64,000 bases of DNA, from NCBI GenBank assembly GCA_013115145.1, contig JAAPAO010000122.1, positions 5,507 to 69,506 of the forward strand, given 5' to 3'. The position numbers and the translations under genes are program-made. Source of the stretch: Perkinsus chesapeaki ATCC PRA-425. Its lineage: Eukaryota > Protista > Perkinsozoa. Every line of letters starts with the position of its first letter. Position 1 is the first letter of the stretch. Below the pieces are notes generated by a model, which was not told the DNA's origin, did no database searches, and saw only the letters and a program-made list of their open reading frames with translations. This document shows positions 22,390-33,699 of the stretch, one piece after another.

Positions 22390-23417
22390 AATGCCAAAGT
22401 CTAAGATAATGCAAGCTACTAAGCAGTCGGTTCACCAATTGGAGTTGTTCGAGGTACCATTTTGGGTAACGAATACCTGCAATAATCGGTCACCAAGATC
22501 ACAGTTATTATCAGTTTACTTCAACAGAGCTTGAATTGCTATACCTTGAGCTGGTGGGACACGACATCTGATTGGCTCCCCCTCGGGAGAAGTGACCTCA
22601 ACCTGAAGGGTGTGGTTCTCACTATATGAGACCGCGAGGGTTACCATGAGGTGTCCTTTGTTCTGTCCGATGCGTGCATGGCTGCTCCCATCCTCCGATG
22701 CCCTCTCAGTACCAGTGAGAGGCTCAACAGCAGACTTTGCCTCGGCGTCACGGAAGTCCAGAGCCTGTATATGTCAATTGCCGATAAATATCCCATATTA
22801 AACTCGTCTACCAGTATCTGTCCAGCACCTTTCCATCCGATGAGAAACTCATTAACCTTCGCGGGAGTTTCACCAGCTGCTGGTCTTGTAAGGACGAGCT
22901 TCATCGGGTTGTTACCCGATTCCTGGAAGCAGCATGAAACAGGAGAGTGTAACGGTTCGACGCCTACCTCGGGGTTCCTAATTACATTACCAAAGTCGAG
23001 CTTCAGACGTACGTTTTTTCCATCGGCTTGGTAGTCAGTGTAATAAAATTGGTTCACAGGTAAAGCCGGCTTCGAGGCAGCCCCGAACTTGTTTCCACTC
23101 CAGCTCTTCTTATAGAATGAGCCGCCGCCATTTCCATTTCCCTTATTGAAGCTTGGACCATTGCCATACCGATTTCCGTAGCCTCCGCTACCATAGCTGT
23201 TACCGTAGCCTTTATTGTAGCCATTGCCGTAAGTGTTACCGTAACTCTTCTTGTAACCACCACCATAGCTTTGACCATAGCCTTGTCCATTGCCACTTTG
23301 ACTGTAGTAAGTGCAAGAGGAGGCCCCAAAGCAGTTCTTCGACAACAGCAGTTTGGTTACAGCTCCTTGGAAGGGGCCTTGGCCGCTGAGTACCATGAAG
23401 GGAGATTGGGAGAGCAT
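22390..23417 (-). CDS. Protein with a Gly/Tyr/Asn-rich low-complexity region followed by an unidentified globular domain; 3' exon structure uncertain
   Basis: Long ORF 22641-23468 with GYG/SYG/GNG repeats followed by a beta-rich domain. Probable short introns near 22680-22730 and 22480-22545. Confidence 0.7.
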
Positions 23418-23640
23418 TCCTTCCTTACTCTCGAAACTTACTATGGTAGTAGCATTTGGTACGAACAAATCGAATCATCCCGAAAACACAATATTGAAAT
23501 ATACTTAGATGATGCTTTAGTCTCAACATGAACGTCTCTAACATGAATAGCTATGACTTAACAGTGTACACATTACACCACAGGTGATATATATAAGGCA
23601 AAGAACAGAAGATGAGCTCAACATTGAGCTCGTATAAGCA

Positions 23641-26600
23641 TTAGAACATCTCGTCGCTATCGGTCATATCGCTGGCGGCGCCACTGCCACAGACGCCTGA
23701 GATGCTAATAATAGTGATGCAACAGCTGCCTCGATGGCATCACCTGGATCACAGCAACGCCCTGAGCCGAGGCCAACTTCGAGATCAACTGCTACCTGAA
23801 ATCCAGTACGATATCATCTCCACTATAACGGCCTACAGGATACGACGCTTCATTCCCCATTAAGCTTTGTAAGCTGTCTCGCCTGGGGGACTCGGACGGC
23901 TGAGGTACCACATTGTATTGTGGAATTGATGTACCGAGCATCCCGACGTAGCCTTACAGTAGGGCCGACCGCAGCAGCTGCTGCTGCTGCCGGTGTCGCC
24001 AGTAAACACAAACTACCATTCGCTCCAGTGCAAAGTCTATCCCGCCACTCCTCTAATGTCCTCTTGTTGGGCAGGACCTTCACAGGTTACCGAATGATAG
24101 GCACCCGCGAGCCGTGGGAGCGCTACACTCCTATCCTTGGTACTGTCCATTTCCTTGTCAATAAAGAATGTCCTCATCATCCCCTTGCCCTTAATAAACA
24201 TCTCTCCGCGGTCAATAAGCTCAAAGTCACCCTTGATGCGTTGAGCGGTAGCCTCCGAACAATGGACCTGCTCGGCACCTTAGCGATGCCAGCACTACTG
24301 AGCTTCCACCTTCATGGGCTCCCCATGACTCTCCATTCGGGAAGCAGTATTGACGCAATCACCCCAAACATCATAGATGAACTTCTTACGGCCGATGACT
24401 CCGGCGACACACGAACCAGAGTGGCAGCCGACTCGCAGTTGAAGTGGATTTCCCATATCATCGCAGAACCTACGAGATGCCCTACACTTAAGGGTTCACC
24501 TGTTCGTGCACCTACACGCCGACATCAGCCACCATGTCCAGGCCCATACGAGCAACAGCGTGAGCATGCAGTGGATGAGGGGTGGGCAGGCCTGCTGCGG
24601 CCATGTACCTTCGGATATGGTTCTCCCGGGTAACGCTAACCGTCACGACTCACGCATCACCGATGGTCTTGATCTTCTCCAAGCCGTGCTTTTCGGCAAT
24701 GTTGTCGAACATAAAGAACAGCTCATTCAACAATAGCAAAACTTGTTCAGGCGGGACTCTTGAAGAGATGGAAGTGAAACCAACAACATCGGCAAATAGG
24801 ATAGATGCATCGTTGTAACTGAGACACTCGACCACTAGGCTTTATCGGAAGACCCGACCGCCCATTACAACAATTACCAATCCTCAGCTACGTCCTACTC
24901 GCGCATACGAGCATCGTAGCCGCCGCCCGGACTTACAACTCGGCCAGAGCAGAGTGATAAAGCCCGTTGGTTGATGCATTTCCCCCAACCGCAGTGGCTG
25001 CTGCAATCCCAGCAAAGCTTCGACTGTGCGGTACGCCTCCCCGCTTCGATACCTTCCCTGTCAGAAGCTGCGCTTGAGAGGAAGCTGCTGCAATCTGGAC
25101 AAAGGGGATCGATGTATCTTCCTTACTGGAGGCATCACCTGCATTGTAAAGGCGGCTGAGTTCTGCGTATTTATAGCATAGCCACACTGCTGTTGCGCCT
25201 GAGAGAATCCTTCCCAAATGACATAACCGAGCAAGGTAACCCTCTCACTGTGCTAGGCACGTGAAGGTAATTAGACTGCCCGCAGTTAGTTTGAGCCAGC
25301 AGCTGCCCCACCGATGAAACGCCTGATATCCAGGTCGCTGACATACCCGCCCAGCGCCCCCTACTCCTAGCAGTGTTGCACACGGAGACTGCGCTCATAT
25401 CCTGCTGCTGCCGCTCCTTCAGAGTGTCTATGATGCGCTTAGGGAGGACCTGGCCTTAAGAAACTCAGCCACTCCGGGATTCCGTTCTCACGTTTCTAAG
25501 TAAGCGATCGCTCCGCTGCGATTCTATAGTAACCATCAACGACTGCACGAAGTCCTTCCGGCCCAGCACCTGAATCAGCTGTACCGCACCCCTAGGCTCC
25601 CTCCTTACCTCGAGTGAATAAGTGAGAACGGCTATGAAAACGGCACTGGCGACCATGATTACCGGGTCTGTTGGTAGGTCGAAGAACTCGCCATGTTGCC
25701 GCGCCACGGCGGGGAAGGATGCCCGCAGAGCCACGAAGAGTATGATTTGGTACCTAGCGGGCTTATTACGTCTGCCGTGCTAGACCAGAGACAAGCGTCA
25801 TTAGGATATCAGTTCGCCTGCCTCGATCGAGCTTAAAAAGTCCCTTATCCAGTCTCCACAGGAAATGATAAACCTATTGCCTCCGTGAGACCAGCACTTG
25901 CCTAATCCCGACACTGTCATCAGAGGGCTTACACTGTCATAGCGACCATGAGTATGAATCGGAGCCTATAGAGGCACCCCGAGACCAGCAGCAGGATGCA
26001 GAAGGTGCTGGCTTCATCCATGGGCCATGTGTACCAAGGGATCAGCTTCGGGCCTAGATACCTGTACCACGAAATCCCTGGATCAGAGGAAGGAGCGGTA
26101 TGACATCCATAGCAGCGACAGAGTGACGGTGATCCACGCGAAAACGCCCTGGAAGGACTGAAAACGCTGTACAAGCCAGCGCCGCGGGGCCCTCCTCCGG
26201 GACCGCAGGCTCGACGACCGGCTGCCTCCGATGCTATCGTGTGACGTGCGAAGCGAGACGCCGGCACCCTTCCTGGAGACCGGCTCTCGCATGAGAATAG
26301 AAACTGCAATAAAGTGAACCTACAATAACAATTGCTTAGCAGGAGCAGCGGAGTCTTACTAGACCAAGGTAAATGAGGGAATTCAGAGGCTCGACCAAGA
26401 GGCACCTTCCGAAGGTCGCCGTCGGGAAACGGTCATGCAAGGATTCATACCTAAGATCGAAATATATTGAGAAGGACACCCATGGGTGGAAGGATGGGTA
26501 GGCTAACTTAGTGCCGCAATGAGGAGGCCTCCGAGCAGCAATATTAGGCTGAGGGCTCGTACCAAATGTAAACTTCTATACGCTAAGTCAATTTGATACC

Positions 26601-27350
26601 TGCCCACCAACAGCCACTGTAACCAGTGGAAAGCACCGTTACCCTCTTTCCAGGCCGGGGTTTTCGAACTCCAGTGTCAGCCAATGCATGCTTTGTCCAT
26701 GGCGAGCCCACAGCTCCCGACGGTTCAACTTGTCATAGAGTACTGCATCCCACCTGCCTAAAAGTGCACCTAGAGTATGCGGTATGGCCTGCCCTAATTA
26801 CAGTATAGCTTGCCGTTCTTAGGGTTCCGGCAATCGTGGAGCTTCAGAGGGATACGAAGTGTCCAAGGCAGCAACGACACAACAGAGAAGTCCCACCTAG
26901 CAACACATGCAAGTGCATCATCAGGCTAGGTCCAGTAATCAAGCCGCTTAATAGCGCCAATGCACTCGCATATGCCCCCCCTTCACACCAACTATCGTCA
27001 CCTTATCAGAGCCCCCTTGCCACGAGGAGGCGGCAGAGGGAAGGTGTCCCACTCCGGAGGATCACTAGCTCCACTGTTCTTAACATCTGTGGTACCATTG
27101 AGGGTGCCTACACAATAGCACCACCCGACAACCCAACACCCACAGGCTTCCCACTCACTGGTGGAGCCTCTGTTCGTGACCCGCATAGCAGTATCGACTG
27201 CACCAGGTCCACGCTCTAGGGATGAGGCTCTGATCGATCAGCTTTCGATGAGGGAATGTGATCGGGCTCGGGCTACCTTCCCTCCACTGAATAGATACTG
27301 CCTCCTTGCTGCTCAATCATAGTTGAGGAGGACTTCCGAAACCGAAACAG
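23641..27350 (-). CDS. Membrane-anchored class III adenylyl cyclase (multi-exon; ends approximate)
   Basis: [12 protein letters not shown]...[14 protein letters not shown]...[37 protein letters not shown]...[11 protein letters not shown]. Lys and Asp at the purine-specificity positions indicate ATP. Upstream are transmembrane segments, SDRLLRN and a [10 protein letters not shown] motif. Confidence 0.88.
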
Positions 27351-27632
27351 TCCCATTTATGAGAATTTACTACCGCCCAATACCCGCCAGGTGACCGCAT
27401 AATAACTCAACACCGAAGCCTTCAGCCGTAGTATGAAACACACCTAGTGGAGAAGCAACAGCAGCATGATGATGAGCACCACAGTCCTCTGGTAGAACTG
27501 GGCACGACATCAGAGCAGTCGCAGCCTTGTAAAGTTACAAACGGCGATGATGTTATTATTGTGAACTATTAGGATGCTAATGATGAGTAACAATGATGGT
27601 GATAAGCCATCCAGACAGTAGAGCCTTCAAGT

Positions 27633-27690
27633 CAGCGAAAGCACATTGCTTGTGAGCCTCATCATGGACCCACAGCGGATGCCGTTGCGT
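27633..27690. other. Conserved bipartite hairpin element, copy 1 (downstream of transporter 28161-29618)
   Basis: 23-nt and 21-nt blocks shared with 30152-30202 (22/23 and 21/21 identical), separated by a variable loop. Confidence 0.75.
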
Positions 27691-28160
27691 ACACTAGTAT
27701 GACTCTTGCCTAGTGATGGTAGTAGTATAGGATAAGTTTACTAGTATTATTATGATAAGTAGTACAGGATAGAGAGAACAGAAGGCAGAAGGAGAAGAAA
27801 GAATAGAAAGGATGGGGGCGGAAAATATAGTCGTCTTAACAACGACATCATCGCCTCATTACTATTATTGTTGCACTCAGCGAGAGCAAGCAGCAGGGTA
27901 CGATACCTGGCCAGTACCATCAACGGACTAATGCCCGGATGAGGTAGATGAGCTAGGCATTAGAGATAGGAACAATAACAAGGGCGATAGAAACACTGCC
28001 TACATCCTCTTCTGGACAGCTGCTGAACCCATCAAGACCTTGATAATAATGATGATGACTGATCGCAAGGACCAAAGTCGGAAAAAAGGATTCTCAAATT
28101 CGTGGCATACCGACATCCACATCGATATCGAAGGGATGCCCTTCGCGGACCTAGTGGGCT

Positions 28161-29618
28161 TTAGTTGCTGTAGAAGTCAATAACACCAACGAGCGAAACC
28201 CAGGTACCGAGGACCAGCGACACGAGTCCAACAACCAGCATAACCCAGTACCACCAATTCTTCCAGACGAGCATCTTACCCTTAGAAAGAACAAGGTTGA
28301 AAGCAGCAGGCCCAAGGAAGCAAACGACAGACCCTGCAATGGCTCCGACTAGGCCCAAAATCATATTCACATCGGGCAAGGCCACAGCCACGGCGAAGGA
28401 AAGTGCAACCGTTAAGGTAGCAACAATCATGCCGACTATAGTACGGTGCTTCTTTGGGTTCAAAGTGTGAAGTATAGTAGTCCTGACAGGGTAGATGTTG
28501 AGAGGGAAACAGCCAACGATAGCAACACCCATGAGAATGAATGCAATGCAGACCATGGGATCACCAGATTGAATCATAGGGCTCAGGCTTATGAGGACAC
28601 TAGAAGCGATGTCATCACCGAAATTTATAAAGAAAAAGATACCAACAATCAGATACACAATGACACTGACGATCATAGATACAGCGGTGACCCTCCTCAT
28701 AGCAGCAGGCTTCCGGTTAGACAAACCAACGTAGATCTCAGGGACATTAGGCTGACTGGCAAAGGCAAATATGTAGGTGCTGAAGGCAGACATCAGGGAT
28801 CCCGCATTGATAGGGGTCCATGCCGTGTGCACATCGAAGGTATCAGAGACACCATAACGAGATAGAGTGTAGATGGCAGTTATCGCCAAGAAGCATACTC
28901 CAATAGATCCCGCCATGGTTAAATACCTAATAGAGCCAATTCCCTTAAGCAAGGATATAGGTAAAAGAATTACGACCGTGACCAGGATACTGAAGTAGAT
29001 CCTGTTAACGAACATGATACCGTACCATGTATCCGGATCAGGGCCGAAGGCGGCAATGAAGACGGGGTTGAATATATCGTATATAGTAACGATATAAGCA
29101 GCTGCTGTACCAAAGCAGAATAAGAACATAGCTATTTGGAACAACCAACCCCATCGCTTGCCGAATAACAAATCCACAAGATCCTCATAGGTCTCTTTCT
29201 TGGCAATGTCCTGAGCTCTGACAATCATCTCCACAGAGAGGAAGGTGAAGAAGCACATAGCGCACAGAAGTATGGTACCAGCGATGATACCAGCGCAATA
29301 CATTGTGTAAGGTATAGCTAAAGCGCCTGCACCTAATGTACCCTTCATAAGACTGAATGCAGCGGCGGCCTCAGAGCCCTCGGCAAGGACATCCCACCAC
29401 TTGAACTTTGTAGAGCCTTGCTTCTTAACATCAGACTCACTATCAGAAGAGAGGTCCTTTACAGGTTGCTCTTCGTTGTGATCAGGCTTAGTGCTGAACA
29501 CGCTCCACCACCGTTGCTTAGTCTGTTCCTCAGTGCCAGTTGATTGGCTCTGTTCCACACAGGCACCCTCTAGATCTGTGCTACTGGGTGACGACTCAAT
29601 CGTGGGTCCGACAGTCAT
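28161..29618 (-). CDS. Amino acid transporter, AAAP/SLC38-like, intronless
   Basis: About 11 hydrophobic segments; FSLMKGTLGAGALAIPY, TYEDLV, FAFASQPNVPEIY, CFPLNIYPVR, GAIAGSVVCFLGP. Confidence 0.93.
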   Translation of the reverse strand: MTVGPTIESSPSSTDLEGACVEQSQSTGTEEQTKQRWWSVFSTKPDHNEEQPVKDLSSDSESDVKKQGSTKFKWWDVLAEGSEAAAAFSLMKGTLGAGALAIPYTMYCAGIIAGTILLCAMCFFTFLSVEMIVRAQDIAKKETYEDLVDLLFGKRWGWLFQIAMFLFCFGTAAAYIVTIYDIFNPVFIAAFGPDPDTWYGIMFVNRIYFSILVTVVILLPISLLKGIGSIRYLTMAGSIGVCFLAITAIYTLSRYGVSDTFDVHTAWTPINAGSLMSAFSTYIFAFASQPNVPEIYVGLSNRKPAAMRRVTAVSMIVSVIVYLIVGIFFFINFGDDIASSVLISLSPMIQSGDPMVCIAFILMGVAIVGCFPLNIYPVRTTILHTLNPKKHRTIVGMIVATLTVALSFAVAVALPDVNMILGLVGAIAGSVVCFLGPAAFNLVLSKGKMLVWKNWWYWVMLVVGLVSLVLGTWVSLVGVIDFYSN

Positions 29619-30151
29619 CACTGAGTTCAAGGAAAACGATGAAGGCTACTACTGAGAAAATCGGATCTTATCACACGTAGGGGTTCCCCGTATATTCCAA
29701 AAGCTTCCCGAAATTAATGTCTTCAAATCTCAATGATAGTTATTGCTATTGTTCCACATCTGCAACACCATTTTACTCAGGGAGGGGACAGCGTTGCACA
29801 ATGGCCTAGCTTGGACTAAACCTGCCAATTACAGCACACAAAGAGGGGACAGGCTGTCCCGGACAGCGGACAAGTCAGAGTTTGATATCATCTTTTCACC
29901 CGTGGAACGCTATATCAAGTATTGAGGACGCATCAACAACACAACCAAGTGCATTTAGCGAGAGGAAACTTGCCGCCAATCCTATGTATGTCAGAAACGG
30001 AGGTGACTAGTGGCTCGAAGAACGAGTAAAAATGTCAACCATTACGACCCGTATCATTGCTGCTACATGGGACAAAGGGAAACAAGATACCTCAAGCTCA
30101 GAATGACAGATCACGAAGACCTCGAGTTGTAAAGGACATGCCATAGTGAGC

Positions 30152-30202
30152 CAGCGGAAGCACATTGCTTGTGAAATATATCCACAGCGGATGCCGTTGC
30201 GT
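30152..30202. other. Conserved bipartite hairpin element, copy 2 (downstream of transporter 30248-31585)
   Basis: Same two blocks as 27633-27690, with a 7-nt spacer instead of 14 nt. Confidence 0.75.
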
Positions 30203-30247
30203 TCGCTCCTAAAGGCATTACAGAATCCAAGTACATGGGATACAGTT

Positions 30248-31585
30248 TTAGTTATTATTAGATGACCTATTACGATAGAATTCTATGGCATCTAGAATGG
30301 CTATATAAGTCCCTAACACGAAGGCTATGATGCCAATCACGATTATCGCCCAATAGTGGGCCTTCCGCTTGCTAAACATCTTGCCACCATCAAGTGTTAT
30401 GTTGAAGGCTGCAGGTCCGAGGAAGCAGATAACGGAGCCAGCTAGAGCCCCTACCATCCCTAGGATGACGTTGACATCCGGCATGGCAAGAGCTACAGCG
30501 AAAGCGAGACCAACGGTGAGGGTAGCCACTATCATACCAATTGCCGTCTCGTACTTTTTGGGTTTTAATGAATGAAGAAGAGTGGTTCGAACAGGGTAGA
30601 TATTGAGAGGGTAAGTACCAATGATGGATATCGCAACCGTAAGAAAGGTGGCCGCGATCACTGGATCACCAAGGTTCAGCCTGGGGCCCAGACTGGTGAG
30701 GATGTTGGACTGAGTTAGGGCACCGTACGCCACAAGGAACATGATACCTTCTATCGCGTAGACACATAGAGCAGTTAGAGTACTAACCAGAATAACCTTG
30801 CGCATGTTCCTCGGAGTTGCAACAGATAGCTCAGTGAATATTTCAGGAATATTGGGCTGATTTGCAAATGCGAATATGTAGGTATTGAAAGCACTTACTA
30901 GGGAACCTAGATCTGCAGACTTCCAAAGCATTGTACTTGTGAAGGTTGGCGATACGCCATAACGTCCTAATACATAGATTGACGTGATTATCAGGAAACA
31001 TGCACAAACAGAGCCAGCGCAGGTGAGGTAACGGATAGAATCAATAGTCTTCATCAATGACAATGGGAGGAGCACAACCAGAGTTACAAGGGTGCTGAAC
31101 CAAAGCCTGTTGACAAGGAGATGTCCATACCAGCTTTCGGGACTCTCACCAAAAGCATGTACAGTGACCGGACTGACCACATCGTAGATAACAACGATAT
31201 ACACCGCAGCAGTACCAAAGCAAAAGATGAACATAGCGAGCTGATAGAGATACCCCCAGCGCCTTCCAAATAGTGAATCTACTAGATCCTCATAGGTCTC
31301 CTTGCCACTTTTATGAACTGCCCTAACTATAAGCACTAACGAAAGGATCGAGAATACTGCCATCGTAGTGAGTAGAATGACACCAAGGACGACGCCTGCT
31401 GAGAGCATAGTGTACGGTAGAGAGAGCGCACCTGCCCCGAGGGTAGCCTTCATAACGCTGAATGTCGCAGATGTTTTAGAGCCTGAAGGTATCGGGTTCG
31501 CCAACGCATAGCAGAAGGACTTCCTGGGCTCCTCCTTGATACTCTTAACTGGTGACTCCAGTCCTCCTGACTCGCACTTCTCCAT
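30248..31585 (-). CDS. Amino acid transporter, AAAP/SLC38-like, intronless tandem paralogue
   Basis: FSVMKATLGAGALSLPY, TYEDLV, FAFANQPNIPEIF, TYPLNIYPVR; collinear with the neighbouring paralogue. Confidence 0.93.
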   Translation of the reverse strand: MEKCESGGLESPVKSIKEEPRKSFCYALANPIPSGSKTSATFSVMKATLGAGALSLPYTMLSAGVVLGVILLTTMAVFSILSLVLIVRAVHKSGKETYEDLVDSLFGRRWGYLYQLAMFIFCFGTAAVYIVVIYDVVSPVTVHAFGESPESWYGHLLVNRLWFSTLVTLVVLLPLSLMKTIDSIRYLTCAGSVCACFLIITSIYVLGRYGVSPTFTSTMLWKSADLGSLVSAFNTYIFAFANQPNIPEIFTELSVATPRNMRKVILVSTLTALCVYAIEGIMFLVAYGALTQSNILTSLGPRLNLGDPVIAATFLTVAISIIGTYPLNIYPVRTTLLHSLKPKKYETAIGMIVATLTVGLAFAVALAMPDVNVILGMVGALAGSVICFLGPAAFNITLDGGKMFSKRKAHYWAIIVIGIIAFVLGTYIAILDAIEFYRNRSSNNN

Positions 31586-31951
31586 GGGAAAAAGTAAACC
31601 CTAAAGAATTGGAATGCAAAGCGGTCCACTTTCCAATGGCGCACTCTTGGCGGGCTAAACAGCGTCCCAAGCCAGAGAGGGTCAACAGCTTGCACGCATG
31701 CACAACCGAAGCGGTCACCCGGCAAGTGCAGTGGGACTCAAAACTGCCAAGGCAGTGGATGGTCGGCAATTCACAGGAGCAATTTGCTATATCGTTGATG
31801 GAAAGCAAACATAAACCTTTATTTTCCGCATCCAGGAAGACTTATAGAACTCAGACTGCTCTCACACAATGTGCATGCGTGCAGGTGACGCGCCGTATTT
31901 TGACCACGAATTCCAACACCTAAACCAGCTCAACACTTTTGATTAAAACAG

Positions 31952-33130
31952 TTAACCATCATCAGTAAGATCGATGACTTCATCATTCTCTTTCTTCTGC
32001 CTCCCTTTCACTGTCGAACATCTGGAGGCCTTGCTCGGCCTGCAACCAAAGTAGCTCTCCAACCTTCCACGGTGCTCCGGCAGCATAATGCCCCCGGCTA
32101 CTGCTGTCACCTGCGCCTCTCTCTCAGCCAAAGTCTTCCCTACCGTCCCTATAACCCTCGTTGGCCTTACATGCCTCAAGAAGGCCTCCAGCTCGGAGAA
32201 CGAACTATGCTCGCTGTAGGGTATAGAGTAGAGTACGCATCCCGGATACCTACTGCTGCGCCAGCAGGACTCCTTCCTAGCCCAGCCAGTGCAACGGAAA
32301 CCGACAACCTTGGAGTAGCCCGCTTCGATCAAATCAGCTAAATTTTCTGGCGAGTTTCCAACTCTCCCCATAGCATCAAAGATCACTCCGTAGTTTTCGC
32401 CATCCGCAATGAGCCGCTCCGGAATGGCTCCACAGATGTCGACTATTTTACGTCGATTCTTGGATATAAAAACCTTCCTGTTCAAAACCTCGCTTATTCG
32501 CACTGCACAGCACTCTTTTCCCAACTTGTAAGCCCCCACCACAAAGATGGTACCGGGCTCATTCTCCTCCCTAGTAATCCTCCCAATTGCAGCCAATGCT
32601 TCCTCCTTGGTGGGATGGCTGTATCTGCTATCTGAGTAGGTAGTGTCCAGCCACACTGTATTAATAGCACCATTGCCTGGGACCGATGATATAAGCCTAT
32701 CAGAGGCCCTAAAATCTCCAGTGTGGAGCCCGATCCACCCCCCTTGTCCGCAAAACAGGAACATAACTGCTCCTGGACAATGGTTCGCATCGAGACACGT
32801 CACTTGTACGCCTGCGATCTCCACAGGCTGCCCGACTTCCAGAGCAACAACTCGCATCTGGTCAACGCCTATGATTTTCGTTACAAGTTCTGCCGTTATC
32901 TTCGAGCAGTATATAGTGCCCTTCGAAAACCCTTTCGTAAGACCACACGTATGGTCTCCATGAAAGTGAGTTAAAAAGTAGCACTGGCTCTCATTTCTCA
33001 ACCGTACAGGCACTCCAAATCCATCAACAATGAAGGCATCAGTTTGACCAGGAACCTCGGTAATAACCTTATAAGACCACTCCTTCCTCTCTTCTTTAGT
33101 GGCAGTCTGAAGCCTCCTAGCAGACGGCAT
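31952..33130 (-). CDS. SNM1/DCLRE1-family metallo-beta-lactamase/beta-CASP DNA cross-link repair nuclease, intronless
   Basis: FLTHFHGDHTCGL, DANHCPGAVMFLF, LHTGDFR, LDTTY, GAYKLGKE, IPYSEHSSFSEL. Confidence 0.92.
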   Translation of the reverse strand: MPSARRLQTATKEERKEWSYKVITEVPGQTDAFIVDGFGVPVRLRNESQCYFLTHFHGDHTCGLTKGFSKGTIYCSKITAELVTKIIGVDQMRVVALEVGQPVEIAGVQVTCLDANHCPGAVMFLFCGQGGWIGLHTGDFRASDRLISSVPGNGAINTVWLDTTYSDSRYSHPTKEEALAAIGRITREENEPGTIFVVGAYKLGKECCAVRISEVLNRKVFISKNRRKIVDICGAIPERLIADGENYGVIFDAMGRVGNSPENLADLIEAGYSKVVGFRCTGWARKESCWRSSRYPGCVLYSIPYSEHSSFSELEAFLRHVRPTRVIGTVGKTLAEREAQVTAVAGGIMLPEHRGRLESYFGCRPSKASRCSTVKGRQKKENDEVIDLTDDG

Positions 33131-33699
33131 AGTAATACAAATCACCACCTACACCTAACCTCCCAAACACATACCACATTAACCCATTAACAACTCATTA
33201 CTCAAAAAGTACCACTGGACGAAAGCATAGCTCACCAAAGTGTAAGCAATTTGAAGAAGTATACAGAGGTGTACATAACAGAGCAACACGCTGCCGCCAC
33301 ACTGGACCGAACAAGGAAATCAGAACCACCTGGCATTGAAGAGAGGGAGCATGTCCGTCAACAACAAGGCTTTGCAACAATAGCAGCAAATAATTGTATG
33401 CCCCACATAAATTCACCGATGTACTTATACTTCCACGACATCATCAACGGTATTGACGGTAGTCTCCCTAAACCAAGTGCTGTAGTGAAGGCCCTAGTAC
33501 GATGACAGTTACTCAACCGTAATAATAACTACTTTGTATGCTTCCTTGTATACATCGCAAAAGTCTTAGGATCACCGAAGCGAGCATCAACAGTAAGTAT
33601 CCTTGGAATGGTATGTTATTTTAACAAGCTTTCAAGTAGTCGTAGTAAATCACAAACACCTATAGAAGTGCTTGCTAAAGCTGCATTTGCTACACCAGC

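Noticed and set aside
33198-33505. Short ORFs on both strands between the nuclease and the carrier
   Set aside because: No motif and an internal stop in the best-looking frame; likely UTR or intergenic.
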